The notes under the pieces were generated by a model. It was not told where the DNA came from, ran no database searches, and was given only the letters and a program-made list of their open reading frames with translations. Shown piece after piece: positions 25,297 to 39,371 of a stretch of DNA of 64,000 nucleotides. The DNA comes from Podarcis filfolensis (Eukaryota). The position numbers and the translations under genes were made by a program. The stretch's first letter is position 1. Every line of letters starts with the position of its first letter. The stretch lies in the NCBI GenBank assembly GCA_964270895.1, contig OZ185437.1; one strand, given 5' to 3'.

Positions 25297-27581
25297 GTTT
25301 GTGGTGTTTCTATGCATATAGTTTTAAAAATAAAAAACGTTGTTTGAGAATGGGTGCAGATCTCTGTGAATGCGGGGTCCAAATATATTGGCACAGTATT
25401 GACTAAAAAAGCTCATGCTCAGATCCAGTAATGGGAAGGATTTAAGTACAGAATTCTAATTTTTCTAGACAAAATAATATTGTGAGAACGGAATACTGCT
25501 CAGTATTATCCACAGATGCCTAGCAACATTTGCATATTTAATAATGGATTCTGCAGGAGTATGAACCTAGCACTATACTTCAATGGATAACAGAATGATT
25601 GATCAAGACTTGAAAGACATTTGTCTCTTACTATCCAGGATAATGAATTAGGGCTAGATGAATCATCCCTTGTGACACATGAAAACACCTCTTAGAAACG
25701 TCAGTAATTAAGTGGTTTATAAATAACTGAAATACCTAAACAAACAAGCAAACAGTCTGAGGAAGGAGGGTGATGTCTTGTATATGATGGTTTTCCCCAG
25801 TACAACTTTTTAAATTGACACTTCTGTATATAAATTCAAAACTAATTTAATTACTTAATAATTTAAATCACCAACTGACATAACTTTTAACTAAATAGTG
25901 TAGTTGTGATCGATTGAAAATACTACATATATGACTAAAACCTGAATAGTGGATGAACATTTTCACACACTTTGAGTTATGTCATTGTCATAACCTCCAG
26001 ATCCATGCCTTCTGCATATTCACTCCTATTGCTGTCTAAACTCACAGAAGCAAACATCATTTGACAATCCTAACAACCACACAATCTGACTGCCTAGAGA
26101 GAGTGGGACCATGCTGGGTAGGCTGCTGTCATTTCAAATTTCCCTGCAGGTGAACATGCCACTATTCTATATTATAAGAAAATAGTCATCTGGTTTTGAG
26201 GATGAAAAGGGAATTTTGAAGGATCCCATTATATGAAGCAGGATAAACACTGTCAGGCATTTATGCACTGGCAGGATTTCTGATGTAAGTAGGGTCCACA
26301 TAATAAAAATCGAAGGCCAAGGTCCATCTAGTCCAGTATCCTATTTTCAACAGTGACTGGACAAGTATCTCTGGAAGATCACAATCACAGCATGAAGGTA
26401 TTCCTTTTGCTCCTTACATGTGGTAATCAAAAGTATGTTGCCTCTGAACATGGTTCCATTTAACTATCATGCTTAATAGCCAGAGATGTACCTATTTTTA
26501 TACATAAATTTGTATGATTTTTTTAAAGCATCTAAGGCAATTCATAAAGCACAATGGAATCTCTTTCACTGTGATTCAATTCCACACTGGTCTAGTAACG
26601 TTTGTATGTCAGAAATACATAAGCAAGGTGAATGGCCCTTCTCACATGGACCTCATCCACCTTGAGATCCCAAGATCTCTATTCCAAGACATAAGAGACA
26701 AGTTAGAACCTCTTTGTTTTACTTTTGGGCTTGCACTTTTCCTCTTTTTTCAACATGGCCAATGATTGGGATAATGGGAATTGTAGTCACAACATCTTGA
26801 GGGCCATAGGGTCTGCACCCCTCCTCTATTTCTTAAAGCAATTTTAGTCATCTACGGCTCTTAATGTACTGGTAAGGTATACTGCAAATACAAGATCAAA
26901 GTTTCCTTGGATACATTACTCCAAATGTGAAATGCATTACTTAAAAAGGAGGCTATGGACCATCAAAGGGAAACTGCATATGCAGTCAGAGCTTTCCCAC
27001 TGCTGATTAGAGAAAGGAAATGTTCTCCTTTTGTGTAGGAGTTGGTTGTTTCATCACCAGCAACAGGAATCCTGTTATACTCTGGATCCCAGTCAGAAAT
27101 TTCAAGATTGGGTGAGAGCCACTTCTCCTAACAGCTGCCAGAACCAATTTCATATTGTTCTCTTTCACATGTCCTCCTAGTGGTGCAGCAATAAAACTGC
27201 TAGCACATTTGCAAAGTTTAGCAGGGTTCAGTATGGTTTCAAGTTGGATAAGGGAACACTTGTTGAGATTCCTCCATTGCAAGCAGATGGATTTAGTTGA
27301 TCCTTGGGGTCACTTCCAAATGTACAATTCCATGATTCTATGTATATAATTAGCCTGACTGCTAATGCACATTTAATCCATTGTCTAGAAGTAAGTAAAA
27401 CTGATATATAAACAAAACTTGGTCAGCACTGTTGCCACACTCAAGTTACTACCATAACTATTAAAAACTAAAACAGTGTTTTAAGATATTCCAAAAGGCC
27501 TGTGGAATTTACTCACAAACCTCCCACTAACTTTCATGGAGCTAATATTTAAGATATTTCAAGATCTTGAAGCATCTTTGC

Positions 27582-27718
27582 CAGGCTTCCTCAACCTCGG
27601 CCCTCCAGATGTTTTTTGGCCTACAACTCCCATGATCCCTAGCTAGGAGGACCAGTGGTCATGGATGATGGGAATTGTAGTCTGAAAACATCTGGAGGGC
27701 TGGGGTTGAGGAAACCTG
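27582..27718. mobile_element. hAT MITE with perfect 8-bp TSD
   Basis: ATCTTTGC at 27574-27581 and 27719-27726; TIRs CAGGCTTCCTCAACC...GGTTGAGGAAACCTG. Confidence 0.92.
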
Positions 27719-30092
27719 ATCTTTGCTATGACTAGACCCAGCTCAACAAATCATATAAACTTAATTTTCTTCATTCACATTCATATAAACATATACACTT
27801 GAAAAATAAGAAATACAAGACTACTGTAGAGATAAGAGACATTCATAAGAAAATAAGGTTTAATAAAAGGCATCACTGTTCTTAGTTTGTAGTAGCTATC
27901 ATACTTTAGGTACAGGGGTAGATAACCTTTTTGCTGTTGAAGACTGCAGTCCCTCGGGGGTAAGGAACTGCATACCACAAGCCACGGGTAAGGCCAGAGT
28001 TGGTTAGGTGAGGCTCCCACCCTTTCCTTTCCTGACACCCATTTTACCCCCATTTCCTCCCTACTTACCACCTGCATGAAATTAGGCCAAGAGACACAGA
28101 GGTGGCCCACGTCTGCTTTAAGACCAATGTAACAACCATATATCTATTGTAAATATGACTTCAGCATTTTAAAAACAACATACTCTTCAGTTGGCATCCC
28201 AGGCTGAGTATTATTTATTTTCTGTATTACATATTTCAATATACAATATTTTCTCATTTAACTGACAACATACCCATGTTAAAGGCTCAGAAATTGTTGA
28301 TCACCCAAAGCCACCAAGTAAGCATAATGGGACTTAAGCTCCCAAGCCAGTGATCCACAGAGGGTGGGGGCTAGCTATGCCTTCTTGTGGTGAATCAGTA
28401 GCCCATATTTCCTAGCAGCTATTAAAGTGTGGCCTACATATATCAGCCTACATCACTTATAATCTGATACTTTGCATTAACTGATAGTATAATTGCAACA
28501 TACTGTGGTGCATTTTCAGCTACTGAAAGTTAAATTCCCAGTTCAAATTTTCTTCATGGGAGCTGCTCTGTTTAGCAATTCTTATATGGGTTGAGCAGCT
28601 GCTGAATATTCCTGATTTAGAGTGTAGAAACAGATCATGTAGTGGGGATATTCTTATGGTAAGCATATGTGACTTGCTTTGTGGTACTTAATGGTGCCAG
28701 TGTCACTTGAGTAGCCATGTCTTGAGATGCTGTTCTCAGCCAGTGTGCAGGAATATCTATGTCCAAGGACAAGGTACCATTTTTAACCGAAGGGCCATGT
28801 TTGCTCATGGACAACCATGAGCCAGTGGTGTTTAGGACAAGAAAAAAGTAAGTGGAGTAATGTATGTGTCTCTTCTTACCTTTGTAGGATACATTCCAGC
28901 CACACAAAATTCAGAGGCATTACCTCAGTTCAAGGACACATTCCAGGCAGGCAAAAACACTCAAAGGGAGACATGAAGCAGGGCAGATGAGGTGTGGCTT
29001 GGGGAGAGCAGGTATGGTCTAGCAATGGGATGTGCTCTGAGAAGAGTCCTGAGAGCCAGACAGGGGGACCTGCAGGGCCACATTCAGCTTCTATGCCTCT
29101 GGTTCCTCACCTATGATGTACAGAGTTTAGTCTTTTAATAAACAAAGCAGCATTAATATTAACAGGCACAAAAATATTAAATAAGTAACAAGGCAGTAAT
29201 ATTGATATTATGGGCTGTATCCAATGGTTTCCCATGCAGCCCCCTAAATCTGCTTTAGGGGAGTAAGGGCCTCTCCAGAGCAGATTTGGGAGTGGTGCAG
29301 CGGGGAAGGGAAACAGATGAAAATGGCTTCCTTCCAGTACTGCGGACAGAAGCTTTATCATCAAGCAACACCAATGGATACAACCTTAGTAATGTTAACA
29401 CTTAACTGATGTGTTTTAAATTCTATTTTTAAATAAACAATATTTTAGATTTTCTGTTTTGCTAGGTGTTGCATATTTATGACTGTGACTATCAAATAGG
29501 TTTCCCTTTTAATGGAAAAACTGCACAAACTATTGAGCATAACATACATTGTCAGTTGAACTTCAGTTTACTCTTTTTGGAAACTGAGGTGAAGGACAAT
29601 ATATTTTGTACTGACCATGGGTAAACCACAATTTCTACACATTCCAGTTAAAATTTGTTGTTCACAAGAAGCTTTGCTTAAAGGATAGCTTGACATATAA
29701 CCTACATAAGATTGCTGAAAGCTTAAATAGGTTATCAATTACTGAGGGCTGTCAACAGAGAAATGAATTTTACTCCATTAGGAAGATGGGCTTTTACTAT
29801 TCTGTTATATTGTAGTAATATATTCTGATCCTGAACCTGTCTTTGGATATACATTGCAGGAGTTTTGTCTTAGATGAATGTTCAGGACTTTTGACTGTCA
29901 TTTCTGGATACATTTCGTTATAATCACAATTCTGACTTCTGTTTGACACAGCAATCTTACATTTTACAATTGGCTTGTAAATTTTAATAAACAAAAACGG
30001 TAGTGGTCTGACTTGCCTTACACAGAAAACCTAACCCCTTTCCTCACATGGAATGCTTAGTAATATGATCCTCTATTTCCCCTCACTCCTAG

Positions 30093-30149
30093 TAAGCTTT
30101 ATAGTAATAAACAGAAGCTCTTCAGGATGTACACCTCTCGGAAACATAG
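30093..30149 (+). CDS. KCNQ5: KCNQ5 57-nt cassette exon
   Basis: ctcctag|TAAG...CATAG|gtatcc; KLYSNKQKLFRMYTSRKH(S), phase 2 to 2; orthologous to the human KFCSNKQKLFRMYTSRKQS insert. Confidence 0.92.
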
Positions 30150-31620
30150 GTATCCAGCATCCTGTCTATTCACATGATATTTGGGAATGCCAACTAACAT
30201 CAGGTGCATGAAGAGTTTATTTCCCCTTCTTAATGCTTTACAGTTTTTACTCTTCAAAGGGTTCTTCATTATTTGGCTGGGTCGCCCACTACAATTGCTT
30301 GTAATTTTCCTTGTTGCTTGCTGCCTGCAATTATATACCAAAATAGCCACGCACAAAGAAATTGCCTCTTATGATTTGTGTAGCAATAATCTAAATACTC
30401 CACACAATGGGACAAGTGTGATGTTGCAGTGCCTTAGTTTAAGACTATTTGTGCTCTTCCGTCTGATATGCTTGAGCTAAGAAATAGCTATGAATGATTC
30501 TAATAACTAAGTTTTCCTGAATCCAATATAATTTTTGCAATAGTGGTGTTTGATGTTTCCACATTGTTTGGTTGTAAAGTTAGGCAGCTATAATCACAGA
30601 CCACTTGCAAAGCAATTACAGTAGTAGATGTTTTGCACTTCTGAAGAGTCATTGTGGCCTAGCTTGTGGGGACTGTGGTAGGTGAAGTGCAGTGTACAGT
30701 GTGCAGAACTGCATGTTCAAACAGTTGTTTACTCCAGCTGGAATCTCTTGACCTCTTTGCCATTTAACCAAAAATAGTAATTACTATTTTTGGATCTCAA
30801 GGGGGAAATCCCCCTGTTCCCTGCCAAAGGGGGGGGGGAGTACATCAAGTTTCCAAGAAGTAATATCAAATAAAAATGATTCTTGATTTTTAAAAAAACC
30901 AATAAAGGAAGAATTCATTGTTGGCATGTGTCTGTCTCAGGAGATAATGGAAGAATGCCTTCGGGGGTGAAGTCAAACTGTTGGAGAGTTCTAGCGCCTG
31001 CTGTGGCTGTTGAGAATGATACAGGAGAGACATGTTTTATTGCTAGTGGGGCAGAAGAAGGCACCTGGTTTTGCACATGCAAATTGCTTATAGCAGTTAT
31101 AAATCTATGAGAAGGCAATGACTGGGAACAAAATTTGATCAAGGTCATTCTTCTGTAGAACTTGGAAATGCACTTTGTGCATGATAACTGCTTCATGGAT
31201 TTGGTCCTAAGGCCTAATTCATACACTGAATGAGTGGCAGAGCAGGTGCTTTAAAACATATCATTGTGGATACTGCTCCACATGCACAGCGAACCGTTTA
31301 TGTAAATAAAACCCTATGTAGTCCTAGGAGGTTTTCATCACACCATTGCAGCCCCTCATTTTTGTGGTTTCCGGTTATGTGTTTAAAAGTTGGTGGAACA
31401 ACAGAGCAACTTCTACATAGCTGCATTTTCAGTGTGTGAATCAGGTCTGAGCCTACTTACATCTTCTATCCCACAAATGTTGACGATAATTCAGCAAAAT
31501 TATTGTTATTATTAGCAGTACTAGTAGTTTTTAAATTTATTACCCGCCCTTCACCCTAAGGTCCCAGGGTGGATTACAGCAACTAAAATATGTTAAAAAC
31601 AGCTTACAATCACATACAAA

Positions 31621-31650
31621 TATCTATCTATCTATCTATCTATCTATCTA
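31621..31650. repeat. (TATC)n microsatellite
   Basis: Read directly. Confidence 0.95.
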
Positions 31651-34600
31651 ATCGGCAGTTTTCCTGTGTAGCTCTGCTATGATACCACAGCGACCTCTAG
31701 TGTTGCCTACAGATATAGGAGAAAGCAGAAAAATACAGAACTCACAAAAACATGGCAGTGTGTAGATACAGGAGTAAAATATAACAAAAGAAAAAAGCAG
31801 TCAAGGCATTTGGAAGGGAAAAAGAGCTAGATCTAGTGACTTGAAACAATATTCAGAGTAATATCCAGACCTATCAACTGTTCTACTTTTTTTGTAGGAG
31901 ATACCCAGTTATGTTGATCTGCCTTCATTGGTTTGTAGTTATAGCTTATCGACTTGACCTCATAAAATCAGCTATGAACCTTAATGAACTTCAAATAATG
32001 TCATTTGCAAGCTAGCTGTAAGCAGATTCCCTAGATTATGATTATTTTACTCAGTGAGAACAAAACAGAATAATTCTTCAGTTTACTCTTCAACCTTAAA
32101 AAATACAAGAGTAACTTTTGCTTTTAGCAGCCATTTAAGAATGTAATCCAAATGAAGGCAAGTATTAAATTATCTACAGAAGTTTCCTCATCTTTATTTC
32201 TATTAGGCAGAGGACCATACTAGGTCCTAAGTAATACTTCTGTATGAGAGACAATTGCTTACGTGATGGAACTTTTCTTTCTTGCACACTGCTCTTTTTT
32301 ATGTTTACCATCTGAATTTCCTGGAAGATAGCTTGCAGATAGCCTAGAGGGTTGTTCCACATCTGGAGCTGTATGTAGTTTTACCATCTCTCATTTCGAG
32401 GGTGAAAATATTGCTTTATCCTGGCTGTTTCTATTGGCATTCCTATAGTGAGTATAAGTTGTGCTCTGGCCTTGCATTCATTGCAATGGGGCAGGGGGAT
32501 TTGGAGGTGGGCCTTCATAGCACATCTCCACAATTCCATATGCTAAATCATATGAAGTCTTATATTTATGTGTTTCTGATTGCCATTTATGTTTGCATAA
32601 CTCTCTACCACAGTCATAGTTCAGTCTCCAGCTTTCAATAAATATTTATTATAATTATACCTATCAAGTATATCCTTGGGGCAGTTGGAGGGGGGGAAAT
32701 AAAACAAAGTATATAACCTGAGCTATATGTAGGCAGCAGTGTTTTGGAAAAAAGAAGAAACAGAGTATAAACACAAAAAAATACAATAGGCTAATGACCC
32801 GCAGGATCCCTTCCAACTGTACAATTCTATTATTGTTCCATCAAGACAAACATTTGGGTTTCCCTCACTGAGCATTCCTCCCCCCGTGTCCAATTCTGGG
32901 GGTTCTCCTGACACCCTCAGAGCCAACATGGGGGGGGGAGAGGAAAGCTTCATTGAACAAATGGATATCCTTGTGTAGAGTTTCTGCTGATGGAATTCTT
33001 TAGTTGACTCTTGCCCAATAGTTAAGGGGAATGACATGTTATAAGAACCAAAGGGATTTAAAAATGGACACTTTTATGGTTAAGCAGGGAGATTAGATTA
33101 AGACAGTTCTGGAAACAGGTACTCTCTCAGCAACTAAGAACTTTTTTATACTATGTTTCTAATATTAAATTGTGGTAATATGATTTTAGTACTCCCTCCA
33201 TTTGTCCAGCATGTGCTTGATTTGTTGCATATGATCTCCTGCCTGATCTCTGCTTGCACTGCGGATAAGATGTACTAAGTTGCATGTGCAATTTTTATTA
33301 TTATCTATAAACATCATAACAATGGTGCCTCATAATTTCATTTTATATTCTCATACAGAACATTTCCTTTTTAGATTGGAGCTAGGCATAGGGAACAGTA
33401 CGTTGTAAAGTTTCTCGGTAATTCTAGAACACACTTCCATTTACAATGTTTTGTATTGTCATGCTGCAGTAAGATGCAAGGACCATGACATAAGTGGAAC
33501 AGACAGGACCTCAACTTGATTAGCAGCTATAGCAACAGGCAGACAATCTCTGCCACATGTATCTTGATGGCCCCTAAGGATTTGCTTCTACAAGAACTCT
33601 GTGTTCTTACTGCAGAAAACAGTAAAATCTGGTCGAGTTCTAGAGATTTTTCCACTTGCAACTGCCCATTCAAGAAGCAAAGAGCAATGGCAGAGCTAAA
33701 TCTATGAACCCCAGCACCATTCCACATCTCTTCCAACGTGGAACCTCCATTTGTGTCTTACTGATGTACAGTGACTGGTTACAACCCTAGACACACATAC
33801 TAGAGAGTGTCCTATTTAATTTAGACATACCTCTGAGTAAATTTTTTTAAGGATTGCACTATGCAAACATTACTAGTGTTCAGTTGAGAGTAATGTATAT
33901 ATTTCACATGAAAATGTGAACTAAGATTACTCTGCAACTTCTAATTTCTAAATGCCCTTTTTTTTTGCAAGTAAACAAGAGAATCATTCAATAATAAGCA
34001 GCCTGCATCTTTGATGTTTTTGTTTAGATGTGAAATCTGAAGCTATAGAGCACCTTTGATCTGCTAACAGTTGACTGATTTTCCAACCCCAGTTCATTAG
34101 TGTGCTTTGGGGCTATCAGCTGCAAGAAATTCACCAGTGTATGTCACACTCTTGTGAAATACTCATTTCATTGATAATACTTATTAGATATTTTGTTAAT
34201 TTTCTTAATGTTTGTTTTTGTCTTGTCCAAATGAGTGTTGTAATACGGAATTTGAAATGTAATGTTTGCTAATAATGTTTGTGGAGTATTAAAGTCTTGT
34301 TTTGGGGGGGAAATGCATGTATAACAAAAATAATCTTGCTTGCTGTAAGTCTTAACAAATGGCATGCAAAAAAGCACTTGACAATATTATTCCTAGATTA
34401 TTCGAAATGCACTGACTTATGCTATGCTACTTTAAGACATAGTTACAACTGTCTAAAGGTTTAAAACTGAAGCTTTGCTATGACATTTGATAAGCTTTTA
34501 TATTTATTTTACTTTATTTCATTTTTTATAATATAGGACGTAAACAATATGTTTTTTACTCATTAGATAACACAAAATGATTATAATCCCTAGTATATTG

Positions 34601-35114
34601 AAAATGAAATGAAAATAAAATTATACAGAAAATAGGAATTGTACATGCACCCATTGTCCCTTATTTGAGGGGAATATTTATATATATATACAGTTCCCTA
34701 GCAGAAACATTTTAGAGTGAAGGGCTAGCCACGCCAAAACCTATGAGAGCCACTGCAAAGGGGAGGAAGGCCACAATTCTTCCTCCTCCTGAGATCCCTC
34801 CACAAGACTGGAGTATGCACCTGAGGATCTTTGCCTTATTACCCCAAACCAGCAATATGATCCAAGTGGGAGGGTTCATGCACTGGCATGAAATTATCTC
34901 TCTTTCCAGAACAGCTTTCCCATTCATTTCAGTGAAGGGAGCTGTTTTACACAGCCATTCCTTTGAAATGAAAGGTGACTCCCCCTCCACACATATAATA
35001 GATTCATATAACCATCTGAGTGCACCCTGTTCAGTAGACTGGGACATATATGTACATCTATTCAGCACTGTACAACAATTACAGTGAGTTGGAATGAAGT
35101 ATGAAGTAAAATAA

Positions 35115-35372
<258 letters not shown>

Positions 35373-35699
35373 TAAAGTACCAAGTGTGTTACTCATTGTA
35401 GTTATCCATCTTACAACCACAAATTTGATTTTCATCATAGTAAAGCCGCACAGACATTTAGGAGGTTCTGTGCTTTGATCCTAATCTTGCTGAAGCCATG
35501 CTTCTCCTACTGCTGCTTAATTTAAAGGTACTTTATGTGTCTGTACCTTCACATATACGGGACAGTCCAAAGATTGTATGGGCTCTCTCCTATCCAACTG
35601 TATCTGGTCATTAACAGGCAGGCTCCAAACCCTATTGTACCCGTGTACAACGGAGGGATGAAATCCTTCTGGTGATAGTCTCTCATACTACCTGGGATA

Positions 35700-35885
35700 T
35701 AGTACGCTCTGGCACTCATCACGATGTCTCATTATGACAGAAGGGGTTTAGTCGTGCTGGCCACATGACCCGAACAACTGTCTGTGGACAAATGCCAGCT
35801 CCTTTGGCCTGAAAAGCAAGATGAGCACCACACTCCATAGTCAACCTTGGTTGGACTTAACTGTTCAGGAGTCCTTTACCTTTTA
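35700..35885 (+). mobile_element. Old Sauria SINE 3' half
   Basis: ttagtcgtgctggccacatgacccg...agatgagcacc...cctttacctttt. Confidence 0.7.
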
Positions 35886-38360
35886 CAAACTGGAAAGGGT
35901 GCCACCAAGTCCAAGAGGACACCAAAGTAGTTTACAAGCAGAGTCAAGGAAGTTTCTTTCAGAAAATGGAAGTCTTACCCAAATGAGACACATACATACA
36001 CATGCAGAGAGAGAACTTCGACAAAAGAAATGAAAGTAGACAATAAGCAATGTGGGGAAAAATGTAAAGAGCATATTGCTTTAAAAAAGACCCATTCTGC
36101 CTAATTATTATTATTAATAAATAATAATAATAATACAGTCAGAACCAGGAAGCCAACTACAGAGCTGGTTGGATAACAAAAGAGTTAAGGTATTTCTTAA
36201 AAGAGATTGCAGAAAAGCTGGATGAATTCTGTGTGGCTTTTTGCACTACAGAAGATTCCTAATATTTTAGGAGGGAGATCTGACAAACTGAGCCAAATAG
36301 AACGTTCTAGGCCTTTTGGATTAATTCAAAATAAACAAACCTCCTTGGTCTGCTTGACCAACTCATCTGGAAGTCGAAAAGTGTCACCCCCCCAAAAAAA
36401 AGTTTTGCCTACTTTTAGTTCTCTTTATTACTGTGAACAGTACCTACATTTAAAGCTACTTTTGTTACGTGCTGGTAGTAGGCCATGTTCTAAACCTATT
36501 CAGTTTGAATTTGTGGTTTTTCCTAAAGGAATCTATTTAATCTGTATCCAAACCATTTAATCTTTCCAGCCCGTTATATGAGATAATTAGTATTCAATAT
36601 ATCTTGAAGGGGTGGTGCAACTTACTAACCCATCAAAGTGTTCCATCATGAGAAAGTGCACAGACATTTCACGTTATTAATTAAAAAGAACTCTACAAGG
36701 ATGCATTTGATTTCCATTCCTATTTTTGTAAGCTCACATGAATTCTGCCCTTTCATTGCCTTCAGTGTGATTTTGCAGTCATCAGGGTTAGAAACTTGTT
36801 TTTAAAAATGGAAACACTGTTATGGCATCCTCAATTTACTTCTTCCCTTGTCCTTTTATATTATTTATGTCTTTTTAATGACTATTTTCCTTTGTACACA
36901 AACACTTTCTTCTCAGTTGAACTGTCTTGCTCTCTGGTCAGCCTCTATTCAGTTCCTTAGTGGTTTACAATGAATAATTTTCATATATAATACACTTTCC
37001 TGATAGATCTGCATGGTTTACAAGACATATAGTAAGAATGACAGGTGTCTGTTTAATGAGTGTTGCCTACCTAGGCTTGCCAGCTTTTTTGCAGCTGATG
37101 CATCATTGCATCTCCATAACACATAGTGTTTCAGCAGCTGAAGTTTTTGCTTTTCTGAGTTAAAAAGCAAAAAGGGGGTGACAATCCTATGGCCATCCCT
37201 TCCCCATCATAGTCAGATCTGTGAAGTACACAGGACATTGGAATAAGTATGATTGGTACCCTCCGGTGAATCAACCGCAGTGCCTGAGTTCAAAGCATTG
37301 TATGAGAAACTACCCAGAGTTAAGGAAGATAAAGCAAAGAAAGCCACAGTATGGTGACTATAGCCTACTGTTTCATGATGGAATCATTAAGTTACAGTTA
37401 AAATGTGGTTATCATTTTAACCATGTAACTATTGCTCTTATGGCTTTTAAAACATCTTGCAATTCTGCATAATTATTTGAAACAGAAGGATTTTGTTTTA
37501 ATTAAATAAAAAAGCTTTATGTGCCAAAGGCTTTCAGAAATTAGTATTTAATTCTCAGATAAATATTAGTAAGAAATCCAATGTGGGGTGCTGAGTATGT
37601 GGCTAAAATTTGGCAGCCCTAGTTTACCCTGCTGCAGTTGAGTTATATTCAGAAACATAGTGCCTCTGACCTAAGAGGTAGTATTTAGCCATCATGACTA
37701 GTGGTCATTAATAGACAGCTTTAAAAGACAAATTCATGAAGGATAAGGCTAACAGTGTGATCCCAAACTCCAATCTGCTGTTCTGGAATAAGCAGGATTT
37801 TGATGGAGTGGAAGTGCCACTGCCCAATAATCTGTCAATAGGCAAATATATCTGCCTGTAATAATTCTGAGCCCCAAAATTAATAAAATTGCCTCTGAAA
37901 ACAGGACTCCCGAAAAACCTATTTGGAATATGCATCTGTTTTTGGCCTCAAAGAGTTAAGCTGTTGAAATGGGACTTGACTTTGGTCATTCTTTCAGCAC
38001 ATCAGCAGAACTTAGAAGAGAGGATTTTAGACCTTGATCAATGCTTGATTACTGCCAGCATTTGACAGTTCTCACAAAACAAGCAAATAGGATGATAAAA
38101 GTGTTTCTATTTTGTTGAGTAGGCAGATATACCTTGGCTGTTGCTCACTCTAAGAACAGCACTCTAAGGAAAAAATGAAAGCTGCATTTATAGTTCCACT
38201 CTCGCCAAGGTAAACCACAAAAAATATTGCTGAAACTTACACTATCTTACAGAACTAAAGCCCTAATCAGCCCTGGTGAGAGGTCAGATGAAGTGGAGTT
38301 GTCCCTCTGCCCAGCCCTGTCCAGCTACCCCATCCTTTGCCATTTGAGGGGCTCTGCTGT

Positions 38361-38632
38361 TTTCTCTTGCTCTGGAAGCTAGGACCCAAACCAATGGATT
38401 CAAATTACAAAAAAGGAGATTCCAGCTAAACATCAGGAATAATTTTCTGACAATAAAAGCTGTTTGACAGTGGGACAGTCTTCCTCAGGAGGTGGTGTAC
38501 TCTCCACTGGAAGTTTTTCAGCAGAAGTTGGATGGTCATCTGTAATGGATGCTTTCATTGAAATTCCTGCATTGTAGGGGGTTGGAAAATATGACCTTCA
38601 GGGTCCCTTCCAACTCTACAATTCTATGATTC
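38361..38632 (+). mobile_element. CR1 LINE 3' end
   Basis: Ends gggtcccttccaactctacaattctatgattc, the CR1 terminal motif. Confidence 0.9.
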
Positions 38633-39262
38633 AAGTAGGCATATGCTATCCAAATGTCCTGGCAGATAATCCAAATAAAACTGACATTTATAAGCAATGC
38701 ATTCAGTTCTAGCAAGTGCAGCAAGGCCATTGGACCACTGCTATTTGTCCTTCCAGTTTTGAAGGATAAATCTGGCAAACATAAAGGCTCACAAAATACA
38801 CTTTTTTTGTCCTGCTGTTAGTCTTTATATCATAGGAGTGGAATTTAAATGGACATCTGCAACTATCAGGGATTTCTCCAATTCCACTTCCAGCATCCAT
38901 CTGTATGAGTGACTTCCTATAAAGACACTGGGAAGCCCAATATACCCAAAACATCATTTTTTGCTGAATAAATTAAGTCTAATGAAATGTTCCATATAGA
39001 GTCTAACAGAATTTTCAATTATTTGAGCTGTATAGCACACTCTATTCTATTCTTTTCTAAGCTTCTGCATGCCTACTTTACAGAATTCCAGTAAGCATTT
39101 GTAAACAGTTACAGGTTTGATTTTCTGTAAAGACCAATTATTCCCTCCAGTAAGATTATTTTGAGTTTGACAGCTTTTAGAATATTTGACCTTTTCATAC
39201 TTTAATTGACCCTTGCATTCTCTATAGGTATGCATATCATTTATGCGGAATTTCTCTTGCAG

Positions 39263-39371
39263 CTGAAGCCAGTATTGCTACAGATGATGTATATGATGAA
39301 AGAGGATGCCAGTGTGATGTCTCAGTAGAAGATCTCACCCCTGCACTTAAAACAGTAATCAGAGCTATCAG
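39263..39371 (+). CDS. KCNQ5: KCNQ5 exon 11 (start of helix B)
   Basis: cttgcag|CT...AG|gtaggt; 109 nt; (T)[35 protein letters not shown](R). Confidence 0.97.

Noticed and set aside
29465-29498. AG...GT-bounded 34-nt segment in the cassette region
   Set aside because: Not a multiple of 3, contains an in-frame TAG, and has a weak donor.
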